Assembly (NCBI GenBank): GCA_965203875.1
Contig: OZ241914.1
Coordinates: 1,521,589-1,585,588 of the forward strand
DNA length: 64,000 bases
Reading direction: 5' to 3'
From: Bdellovibrionales bacterium
GTDB taxonomy: Bacteria > Bdellovibrionota > Bdellovibrionia > Bdellovibrionales > JAUICD01
Shown piece after piece: positions 19,529 through 28,250 of the stretch; the stretch's first letter is position 1, and each line of letters opens with the position of its first letter. The notes under the pieces were generated by a model that did not search any database, was not told the origin of the DNA, and saw only the letters and a program-made list of their open reading frames with translations. A program made the position numbers and the translations under genes.

Positions 19529-21490
19529 ATGGGCAAACTGATTATTATAATTCTATCCCTAAGCATAGCATCCTGTGCACTCGTCCCAAGAGAGGAGCTA
19601 AATGCTCCAGAACGATTAGAGCTGAACAAAATAAAAGATACAGACAAAGAAGATGGACATGAAAAAAGACTTTTAGAATTTACCAAGAAATATCCCAACA
19701 GTTACCATGCACAGGAAGTATATTTTGAATTGGGAAATATTGCTTTTAATAGAAAAGATTTTTTAATGGCGGATAAACATTATAGTCAAGTTAAAAAAAG
19801 AAAACTATATGACAAAGCTAGAGTGCTAAGAGCACATGCTTTACTTAAATTAAATAAAACACAAGAGGCATACTCTATAGTAGCAGAACTTGTTAAAAAT
19901 AATAGATTAGATAAAAATGTAATGTATTATGCTATATCCATAAAAGCCATGCTTGCTGAGAAGATAGAAACTACTAATGAAAGACTTCTAACTTATGATC
20001 GCCTATTAACTGCTGCTAAAGATATAAAGCCTAAGTATGATGATTATCCATCCACAACAAATGATTGGGACTTTACCTCTGATCCTTTAAAATACAGAAT
20101 AAAAGCTATTCAAATAATTGATTCTTTAGAAATTAATAATTTAACTGATATAGACTTATCTTATAAACTGTTAAAGGCTCATTTATTTTTTAGGTTAGGC
20201 AATTTTTATTTTGAACAATCAGAATTTGACAGAGCTAGAATTTATTTAAATAGAGCCATGCGGTTGGATGATGGAGAATATAGAGAGAAGTCATCACATT
20301 TAATTTCTAAAATACTTGCAAAAGGTAAAGTAAATAGGAAAACAATAGGAGTTGTATTGCCCATTAGTGGTGAACAAAATGCCTATGGGCATATGGCTCT
20401 TTTGGGATTAAATGCAGCGTTTGGAACCTATGATTCTGATAACAATTCTGATTATAAAATAGTTGTAATGGATAGCAAAAATAATGAGTCGGTTGCAGGT
20501 AGGGCTGTTGAAACGCTTGTTTTAGATCATCATGCTGTAGCTGTTATAGGTGGGCTGCTTAGTAAAACTGCTGATATTATTTCAACAAAAGCACAGGAGT
20601 TAGAGGTAGTAAATATAACATTATCTCAGAAAGATGGGATAACAGATATTGGTGATTACATATTTAGAAGTGCAATGACTTTGAGTGATCAAATAGATTT
20701 TTTGGTTAGAACTGCTATTAATAAACATAATATAAAGAACTTTGGCATGCTTTATCCCAAAACAAAGTATGGTGAAGATAGCAGTCTTATTTTTTTACAA
20801 ACTGTTTTAAAGAACGGGGGTAATTTGTTGGCCGCCCAATCTTATGAACATTCAGAAACAGATTTTTCTGAACACGTAAAAAAATTGATAGGTACTTATT
20901 ATATCAAAGATAGAATGACAGAGTATAAAACTAAGTTAGATGAATGGAAAACTAACAACCCACATATGAGTGCAAGAACACAGCCTCCTGCAGATCTTTT
21001 GGAGCCAATAATTTCATTTGATGCTTTATTTATTCCTGATGATGTAAAAGCTCTTGGTCAAATTGCTCCCATGCTTACTTACAATGATGTAGATGATGTA
21101 GTGCTGCTTGGAACAAACCTCTGGAATACACCCTCTTTAAAAAGTAGGGTTGCAGGAGATACAAGGTTGATTTATGTGGATAGTTTTACTTCTGAAACCC
21201 CATCATTTTCGACGTCCAAATTTAGAAAGGATTTTTTAAGTACGTTTAATAAAGAACCTACCATTATAGAATTGCAAGCATATGATGCTGGTGTATTTTT
21301 AAAAGCAGCGTTGGATAAATTAAGGGTAAATTCAAGAAAAAAACTAAGGGATATTATGTTAGATTTAGATGAAATACCTGGAGCTTTAGGTTTTCTAAAA
21401 GTGCAAAAAGATACTGGTGCAATAGAACGACCGCTTGTGGTTTTAAACCATGGTCAGGAAGAAACCACCGAAGACAGTAATAATAATTAA
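19529..21490 (+). CDS. LpoA/LppC-like penicillin-binding protein activator lipoprotein
   Basis: Lipobox SIASC from ATG 19529, TPR-like region, periplasmic-binding fold IGVVLPISG...FDALFIPD. Confidence 0.75.
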   Translation: MGKLIIIILSLSIASCALVPREELNAPERLELNKIKDTDKEDGHEKRLLEFTKKYPNSYHAQEVYFELGNIAFNRKDFLMADKHYSQVKKRKLYDKARVLRAHALLKLNKTQEAYSIVAELVKNNRLDKNVMYYAISIKAMLAEKIETTNERLLTYDRLLTAAKDIKPKYDDYPSTTNDWDFTSDPLKYRIKAIQIIDSLEINNLTDIDLSYKLLKAHLFFRLGNFYFEQSEFDRARIYLNRAMRLDDGEYREKSSHLISKILAKGKVNRKTIGVVLPISGEQNAYGHMALLGLNAAFGTYDSDNNSDYKIVVMDSKNNESVAGRAVETLVLDHHAVAVIGGLLSKTADIISTKAQELEVVNITLSQKDGITDIGDYIFRSAMTLSDQIDFLVRTAINKHNIKNFGMLYPKTKYGEDSSLIFLQTVLKNGGNLLAAQSYEHSETDFSEHVKKLIGTYYIKDRMTEYKTKLDEWKTNNPHMSARTQPPADLLEPIISFDALFIPDDVKALGQIAPMLTYNDVDDVVLLGTNLWNTPSLKSRVAGDTRLIYVDSFTSETPSFSTSKFRKDFLSTFNKEPTIIELQAYDAGVFLKAALDKLRVNSRKKLRDIMLDLDEIPGALGFLKVQKDTGAIERPLVVLNHGQEETTEDSNNN

Positions 21491-21560
21491 TCTAGAGCTG
21501 TATGTATTTTATTAAAAGCCTTGTTCTTGCTTATTTTGTATATTTCAGTATTATGTTTTT

Positions 21561-22490
21561 ATGAGCATAAACAATGATCGAGGTTTTTTTGTTGTATTGA
21601 TGGTGGCTTTGGTATCATTTGCACTTTGGGCTACGATGTCTACTATGCACATATATTCTGTGAATAAGATGGAAGCTCATGCTAAGGCAAAGGAAGCTAA
21701 TGAGATGTATAATACTCTGTCTGATTTTGCAGCAGAGGCTCAGGCTGGTTATTATAGGAGTGTTATAGAAAATCAGGGTGAAGAAGGTGATGAATGCCCT
21801 GGTGACTACCAGAACTGTACTTTGGATGAGGGGGGGGGCACTAAGCCTAATCTTTGTCTTAAGGAAAAAAGCTGTAACACTTGTTTAGATGCTAGTAATG
21901 GTAAGAATGTGGTGGAGTATTGTGGTAATTTTTTTGGATTTAGTGGTAAGGATGATCTTGGAGACTGTTCTGATCCTAAAGTTTTATGTGTTGCTGCCAG
22001 TATAGATGTTGCGGATAGGAAGAATCCTCCTTCATCATCTGATCTTAAAGATTGTGATACATGTTTTGTTCAGCCGTTTAAAATTTTTGTAGATACACCA
22101 GGAGTAACTAATACTACCGAAACTACTGAAGGTCCTGACTGTTCATCTATCTGTATGGGATCATCTCATCCGTATACTTCCAATAGGAATCTCTGCGTTA
22201 CAGGTCATCAGGAATCTGATGGTTGCACTTGTTACAAAGGAACATCGTATAATCCATCTAGTCCAGATACATGTGGTGCAAGTTGTACGAATGGGCAATA
22301 TTCAGAAGGTGAAAAATGCCCAGATAACTACCCATGTGTTAGAGAAAATAATAGCTATTCCTGTGGATGTAAGCTGTCTTCTCAATGTGAGAAAAGCCAG
22401 GTATGCTGTTTAAACGGACGTTGTGTCAAGCCTGATAATGCTAATAATTTACCAGGACAATTAGAACCTGCTGAGTGTTATATGAACTAA
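21561..22490 (+). CDS. Cys-rich exported protein with prepilin-like N terminus
   Basis: NDRG|FFVVLM hydrophobic leader; many Cys; G9 tract at 21830-21838. Confidence 0.7.
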   Translation: MSINNDRGFFVVLMVALVSFALWATMSTMHIYSVNKMEAHAKAKEANEMYNTLSDFAAEAQAGYYRSVIENQGEEGDECPGDYQNCTLDEGGGTKPNLCLKEKSCNTCLDASNGKNVVEYCGNFFGFSGKDDLGDCSDPKVLCVAASIDVADRKNPPSSSDLKDCDTCFVQPFKIFVDTPGVTNTTETTEGPDCSSICMGSSHPYTSNRNLCVTGHQESDGCTCYKGTSYNPSSPDTCGASCTNGQYSEGEKCPDNYPCVRENNSYSCGCKLSSQCEKSQVCCLNGRCVKPDNANNLPGQLEPAECYMN

Positions 22491-22503
22491 TCAGACATTT
22501 TAT

Positions 22504-22691
22504 AAAATTGAAAACCTTTAGATAATCTTTCGGAGTATACCTTGAACGTTGCTTGGGATTTTTTGATAAGTACACACTAGCTTCACTTTGACCTACGGTC
22601 GGGCCATTACGCTACGTGTACTTATCAAAAACTTTAGAGCCTTAAAATTGAAAACCTTTGGCTGTTGGTTAACATTTTTAATAAGCATACA
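22504..22691 (+). repeat. structured intergenic repeat, copy D plus a partial copy
   Basis: Perfect 16-bp inverted repeat tttttgataagtacac (22560-22575) / gtgtacttatcaaaaa (22616-22631); inner gacc-tac-ggtc. Confidence 0.85.
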
Positions 22692-22790
22692 ATGATGACA
22701 ATAATGAATCCAGACTTGTCATGAACCTAAACATGTTCTGTTGTTGCAAACTGACCTAAACTTTAGCCTAACTTTAGGTGGATAATTTGT

Positions 22791-22825
22791 TTGACAAAAA
22801 TGGGGGGGGGGGGGGGGGGTAGGCT
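22791..22825 (+). promoter_or_regulatory. sigma70-like promoter with G18 tract in the spacer
   Basis: TTGACA 22791-22796, AAAAT, G18 at 22802-22819, TAGGCT 22820-22825. Confidence 0.6.
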
Positions 22826-22970
22826 ATTTTTTGAGCAACTTTTTTTATTGGCAATTAGGCCTTCATATGAGTAAAGAATGTTTTTAAATGATTTACTAAA
22901 ATTAAGTTTTTATAAGTCGTCTTGTATATTGTTTGCCAGTTTATTTTTAGACTACTGTTGAGAAAAAACT

Positions 22971-24644
22971 ATGAGTAAAATAAAGTATGTTTTTTGTATT
23001 GCAGCTATTGGTTCTACAGTTTTCTTATATCAAAATTGTGCGGATCAATCATTTACAGTAACCCAGTCTTCTGTAGATTATTCAACAAGTATGTCACCTA
23101 GTTGTATAGGAGATAATAATTTAATAATAGTTAGTATCGATCAAGACATAGAAGGTGAAATATCATTTGAGTGTAAAGACAGTAATACAGAATTTGTAAA
23201 TTGTAATAATTATGATTTAGATGGCGGTGTTGTAAAGGCATCTGACGGCAATCTTGTTTTTAGCCAGTTAGATAATGATTCTTACTCGCTTACAGTACAA
23301 ATGTTAATTACACCTGACAATGGTGATACAGTCAGAGATACGTTTGAAATAAATTTTGAACGTTGCGAATCTGAAACAAACACTCAAAGTACAGCCACTA
23401 CAGAAACTACATCTACCACTGAAACCACAACAGATACAACTGAATGTATAACCTGCTTAAGTCGTATAACAGATTCTACTTGTCAAGTATGCTCTAACCC
23501 TAATAGCTGTACTGAAACTCCTATTGCTAAAACTATAAGTTGTGGTTCTGAAGGTATGTCGGCCTATCCATTGTCTACCGAACCAACCTGCCCTACTGGT
23601 AATAGAATATTATGTAATAAAACCTGTTATAGAGGAGGATCTGCTACTTGCACAGCTGATCCTTCAACTTGCACTACATGTCCTAATGGTGAATGTGGTC
23701 AGCCTCAAACAGGTCAAACTTGCTCTAGCCGAATAACCGATTCTGCTTGTCAAGTATGCTCTAATCCTAACAGTTGTAGCGAATCTCCTGTTGCTAAAGC
23801 TATAACTTGTGGTTCTGGAGATATGTCGGCTTACCCACTATCTACTAGACCTGCTTGCCCTACAGGAGAACTTACTTTATGTGGTACGACTTGTTATAGT
23901 GGAGGATCTATTACTTGCACAGCCAATTCTGCAACCTGCACCACATGCCCTAATGGTGAATGTGGTCAGCCTCAAACAGGTCAAACTTGCTCTAGCCGAA
24001 TAACCGATTCTGCTTGTCAAGTATGCTCTAATCCTAACAGTTGTAGCGAATCTCCTGTTGCTAAAGCTATAACTTGTGGTTCTGGAGATATGTCGGCTTA
24101 CCCACTATCTACTAGACCTGCTTGCCCTACAGGAGAACTTACTTTATGTGGTACGACTTGTTATAGTGGAGGATCTATTACTTGCACAGCCAATTCTGCA
24201 ACCTGCACCACATGCCCTAATGGTGAATGTGGCCAGCCTCAAACAGGACAAACTTGCTTAAGTCAAATAACCGATTCTACTTGTCAAGTATGCTCTAACC
24301 CTAACAGTTGCAGCGAATCACCTTCTAATAGAACCATAACTTGTGGTTCTGAGGATATGGCAGCTTATCCGTTATCTTCAGAACCTGTTTGTGTAACTGA
24401 TAGTAGAACATCATGTGGAATAACTTGTTATCAGGGGCGTTCTTTTAAGAAATATACAAGATGTAGCTGTGAAGATTGTGATCTGACAAGTCTATGTTGG
24501 TTTGAAACTTATAATGCTAACTGTGGATATGAATGTCCAACTGGAATTTCTAATAACCCACATAATGGCTTCAGCTGTCCCGCACGTGGAGTTACTCCAC
24601 CAAATTGTTATGATATTTTAGACAACTTAGCTCCTTGCAGATAA
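22971..24644 (+). CDS. Cys-rich repeat lipoprotein-like surface protein
   Basis: Leader ending FLYQNC, Thr/Glu linker, about 3.7 copies of an 89-aa 12-Cys unit. Confidence 0.8.
   Translation: MSKIKYVFCIAAIGSTVFLYQNCADQSFTVTQSSVDYSTSMSPSCIGDNNLIIVSIDQDIEGEISFECKDSNTEFVNCNNYDLDGGVVKASDGNLVFSQLDNDSYSLTVQMLITPDNGDTVRDTFEINFERCESETNTQSTATTETTSTTETTTDTTECITCLSRITDSTCQVCSNPNSCTETPIAKTISCGSEGMSAYPLSTEPTCPTGNRILCNKTCYRGGSATCTADPSTCTTCPNGECGQPQTGQTCSSRITDSACQVCSNPNSCSESPVAKAITCGSGDMSAYPLSTRPACPTGELTLCGTTCYSGGSITCTANSATCTTCPNGECGQPQTGQTCSSRITDSACQVCSNPNSCSESPVAKAITCGSGDMSAYPLSTRPACPTGELTLCGTTCYSGGSITCTANSATCTTCPNGECGQPQTGQTCLSQITDSTCQVCSNPNSCSESPSNRTITCGSEDMAAYPLSSEPVCVTDSRTSCGITCYQGRSFKKYTRCSCEDCDLTSLCWFETYNANCGYECPTGISNNPHNGFSCPARGVTPPNCYDILDNLAPCR
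23451..24432 (+). repeat. intragenic 267-bp tandem repeat
   Basis: Units start at 23451, 23718, 23985, 24252; units 2 and 3 are almost identical. Confidence 0.95.
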
Positions 24645-24657
24645 AAAAGCAACATAC

Positions 24658-24797
24658 AAAACGAAGGGCTTTATGACAGTTCTTTTATAGTCTACCTTGA
24701 ACGTTGGTAAACATTTTATCAAATAATAGCTATCTTCATTAAGACCTCCGGTCTAACCATTACGCTATCTATTATTTGATAAAATTGAAAACCTTTA
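24658..24797 (+). repeat. structured intergenic repeat, copy E
   Basis: Perfect 17-bp inverted repeat 24713-24729 / 24769-24785; inner agacc-tcc-ggtct. Confidence 0.85.
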
Positions 24798-24800
24798 ACT

Positions 24801-26114
24801 TTATTTTTTCCTGGTGAAAATTCTTATGGGAATACCAGATAACTTCCACTTTTTCTTTATCTCTTTTACCAAAAACCTCCTATACCTCTTAAGTAAAGGC
24901 TTGCTGTTATTAGTAAAAGCAATAAAGGTAGGCGGTACTTGCTTAGTCTGAACCACATAATACAACTTAACCCTACCACCAAGTATTCCTTGCTTTTTAT
25001 CTAAACTCAAAAAGAAATCATTTAACTTAGAAGTAGAAACCTTATGATTTAACTTATCCCAAATAATCTCTACAGTTTTAAATAAGTTCTTTACACCACT
25101 ACCATTCTTAGCACTAATAAATACCAACGGTATATCTTCAAAAAAAGCAAATACATCCTTTGCCTTCTGTCTAAAAGTTTTTCTAAAATCTTCAAACTTA
25201 TCTTTACCAATATCACTCTTATTGACTATTAAAATCACAGGTTTATGCAAACTCAACACATTGCTCACCAACCTGGCTTCTTGATGCCCAATACCTTCCA
25301 TGCAATCTAACAACAGCAAAATAATATCAGCACGCTCAATAGATTTTTCTGATTGAATACTTGATAATTTCTCAAGACCAGTTTTTCTCTTAGCCTTCCT
25401 TCTTATACCCGCAGTGTCCACCAATTTATATTTTTTATTTTCAAACTCAACAATGCTATCCACACTATCAGTCGTAGTACCAGGAATATCAGTTACAATC
25501 ATACGATCATAACCATTTATAAAATTACAAAGTGTACTTTTCCCCGCATTAGGCTTACCTATTATTGTTAATGTTTTCATCTTTTCGTCATCTGACAATG
25601 ATTCTGAAACATTATTTTGAGTACAAACTTTTGTTGCTATCCAATCCAGAATATCTGTAATACCCACTTTATTTTCAAAAGAAGCACTTAGCCAAACATC
25701 ATTTAGTTCATAAAAATCTGTTTTAATTGATTCAGATTCTTTGTAAGAGTCTACCTTGTTAATGACAAAAAAAATTTTACTAGATAATTCTTTAGCAAGT
25801 CTTACAACGTATTTATCTTCTGGATGAATGCCAAATTTACCGTCTACGATAACTATCAGAGCATCTACTTCTGTTAATAAATTTAGTATCTTTCTTTCAA
25901 TCTCTTGGCTAAATAGATCATCTGTTTTACTTAAACCACCTGTATCAATAATTTCAAATTGCTTTCCCAGCCAGGTGGCGTTGGATATTTTGATATCTCT
26001 AGTTGTACCTGGTTGATTTTTTACAAGTGCTCTTTTTGAATCTATAATTTTATTAAATAATGTAGATTTTCCTACATTAGGTCTTCCGATTATAGCAACC
26101 TTTGTTAACATCAC
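24801..26114 (-). CDS. der: ribosome biogenesis GTPase Der
   Basis: Two G domains GRPNVGKS and GKPNAGKS, DTGG/DTAG, KH-like tail. Confidence 0.96.
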   Translation of the reverse strand: MMLTKVAIIGRPNVGKSTLFNKIIDSKRALVKNQPGTTRDIKISNATWLGKQFEIIDTGGLSKTDDLFSQEIERKILNLLTEVDALIVIVDGKFGIHPEDKYVVRLAKELSSKIFFVINKVDSYKESESIKTDFYELNDVWLSASFENKVGITDILDWIATKVCTQNNVSESLSDDEKMKTLTIIGKPNAGKSTLCNFINGYDRMIVTDIPGTTTDSVDSIVEFENKKYKLVDTAGIRRKAKRKTGLEKLSSIQSEKSIERADIILLLLDCMEGIGHQEARLVSNVLSLHKPVILIVNKSDIGKDKFEDFRKTFRQKAKDVFAFFEDIPLVFISAKNGSGVKNLFKTVEIIWDKLNHKVSTSKLNDFFLSLDKKQGILGGRVKLYYVVQTKQVPPTFIAFTNNSKPLLKRYRRFLVKEIKKKWKLSGIPIRIFTRKK

Positions 26115-26182
26115 TAAAACCTAGGTAACTTGCCTTTGCTTAAGTTTAGAAAATAAATAATACCTATATAACCTGACTTCAT
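26114..26182 (-). pseudogene. era: 22-codon remnant resembling the Era N terminus
   Basis: MKSGYIGIIYFLNLSKGKLPRF*; ATGA overlap with the rnc stop; ends at the der start. Confidence 0.55.
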
Positions 26183-26844
26183 TCATCAATCCTCATTTTT
26201 TCAACTGCTAGTTTTGCTGCCGACTGTTCTGCAAATTTTTTGCTCCCTCCAACTCCTGTGGCTATATGTTCATCATCCACAAAAACATCTACAAAAAATT
26301 TTTTATTATGGTCCGGGCCTTCGGTTTTACCAATTCTATATTCAGGATCCCCAAGTGATTTTTTATACACTATCTGTTGTAGCTTATCTTTATAATTTAT
26401 TTTGGACATTTCACTTCTGACACTAAGAAGATTTTCTTTAAACATAGAATGTATTACATCTTTTACAGTTTTAAAATTTGAGTCCATGTAAACTGCTCCA
26501 ATAACAGCTTCAAAAGCAGAAGCAACTAATCTTTTTTTATTTCTACCACCAGATTTTTCTTCACCCTTTCCAAAATAAATTTTTTCTTCTATTTTAAGTT
26601 TTTTTGCTATATCAAACAAAGTAGTTTCATTTACCAGCTTGTCTCTTTTCATTGAAATTTCACCCTCATCATCCTGAGGATAAATATCCAACAATATGTC
26701 TGTAATGGCCAAACCTAAAACTGAGTCACCCAAAAGCTCCAGCCTTTCATTATTCATACAATCTCCACGTTCATTCGAAAAACTAGAATGCGTAAGTGCC
26801 TCTTTTAATAATTCCTGATCTTTAAATGTATAAAAGTTTTCCAT
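26179..26844 (-). CDS. rnc: ribonuclease III
   Basis: ALTHSS, NERLELLGD, dsRBD (GPDH...AEQSAA). Confidence 0.97.
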   Translation of the reverse strand: MENFYTFKDQELLKEALTHSSFSNERGDCMNNERLELLGDSVLGLAITDILLDIYPQDDEGEISMKRDKLVNETTLFDIAKKLKIEEKIYFGKGEEKSGGRNKKRLVASAFEAVIGAVYMDSNFKTVKDVIHSMFKENLLSVRSEMSKINYKDKLQQIVYKKSLGDPEYRIGKTEGPDHNKKFFVDVFVDDEHIATGVGGSKKFAEQSAAKLAVEKMRIDE

Positions 26845-26987
26845 AAAATCTTACCAACCTATGGCTTTAATAAATTTACATCCTTTAGCTGATATATCTA
26901 TTTTCAAAATCTGCACCGGCCTAATTGCATGCCACTAAACTGGCAAGCTTAAACACCTTAAGCCTTTAGCAAAATATTATAACCTTT

Positions 26988-28250
26988 TCAAGCCAGACGT
27001 GCCTCTAAAGCACCATCTTTACCAGATAAAATTGAAGATTTATACCCAGTTATAACAACCGGAAACTCTCCTTCTAAAGCATGCTGATTGTTATCTATAA
27101 CACATTCCCAATAGTCTCTAGAAAGTCCTTTTTGGTTTTTTAGAATCAAAACATTCTTTTGTGTACCTATTTGCTCTTGAGCCTTTTTGTGTAACCTTTG
27201 TTGACTAAGTTTTCTTATCACCTTTGATCTATATTTTTTTTCTTCATGTAAAACATCATCTTTTAGTTTAGATGCTCTGGTATGCGGCCTATGACTGTAA
27301 GGAAAAACATGTATCTTTGTCCATGGAAGGTTGGCTAATAAATCATGTGCCTGGTTAAATTCGCTTCTATCTTCTGAAACAAAACCTACAATTAAATCCA
27401 TACCTACAAAAGGGTTATTTATATTTTTATCTATAGCACTAAAGGCTTTTGTTATATCCTTTACCTCATACTGCCTTCTCATTTTTTTCAAAATTCTATT
27501 GTTCAAACTTTGAATACTCATGTGAAAGTGAGGACACATTCTTTTATCTGAATACAAGTCAATAAGTCTAGTGCTTAGCTCTTTAGGTTCCAAGCTGGTA
27601 AGCCTAATTCTAGGTATTTTGGTATTTAGCAAAACAGATTCTACCAGATCTTCTAATCCTTTATCTTTATCTGCGTAATCCCCTATATGTACACCTGTTA
27701 GCACTACTTCTTTTATACCCTCATAATGCAAATTATTTATTTGTTTGCATATACTGTCGATCGATAAGCTTCTACTTTTTCCTCTGGCAAAAGGAATAAC
27801 ACAAAAAGTGCAAAAGCTATTACACCCATCTTGGATTTTAACAAAAGCTCTGGTTCTATTTTCACAAAGGCCACCTGTAGGCTCTATTGTGTTCTTTTTA
27901 AAAATGTCAGATTTAATTTTGGTATCGCCAGATTGAGTGAACATATTGTTTATGTGAACATCTATTTTATCTTTATCACTATTGGCAACCACAAGGTCGG
28001 CTATATCTATATTAAAATCATCAGTGTCGACCTGTGCAGCACATCCGGTTATAACAACCTTATCAGAGGTATTTTTCTTAATTTTTCTAGCTAACTTCAC
28101 CGCCTCTAAGCTAGCTTTTCTGGTTACCGCACATGTATTAATAATATGAAGAGGTGTAGCTGGACTAAGATGCATTAGTTTTTTTTCTAAAACGCTAGTG
28201 TCATGTGTATTGACCTTGCAGCCAAACGTATATATTTTTACTTTATCCAT
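26988..28250 (-). CDS. mtaB: tRNA t6A methylthiotransferase MtaB
   Basis: TFGCKVN, INTCAVT, KIQDGCNSFCTFC, HVFPYS. Confidence 0.92.
   Translation of the reverse strand: MDKVKIYTFGCKVNTHDTSVLEKKLMHLSPATPLHIINTCAVTRKASLEAVKLARKIKKNTSDKVVITGCAAQVDTDDFNIDIADLVVANSDKDKIDVHINNMFTQSGDTKIKSDIFKKNTIEPTGGLCENRTRAFVKIQDGCNSFCTFCVIPFARGKSRSLSIDSICKQINNLHYEGIKEVVLTGVHIGDYADKDKGLEDLVESVLLNTKIPRIRLTSLEPKELSTRLIDLYSDKRMCPHFHMSIQSLNNRILKKMRRQYEVKDITKAFSAIDKNINNPFVGMDLIVGFVSEDRSEFNQAHDLLANLPWTKIHVFPYSHRPHTRASKLKDDVLHEEKKYRSKVIRKLSQQRLHKKAQEQIGTQKNVLILKNQKGLSRDYWECVIDNNQHALEGEFPVVITGYKSSILSGKDGALEARLA

Noticed and set aside
23542-24261. Three repeated ~64-aa ORFs
   Set aside because: Alternate-frame products of the 267-bp repeat inside the Cys-rich gene.
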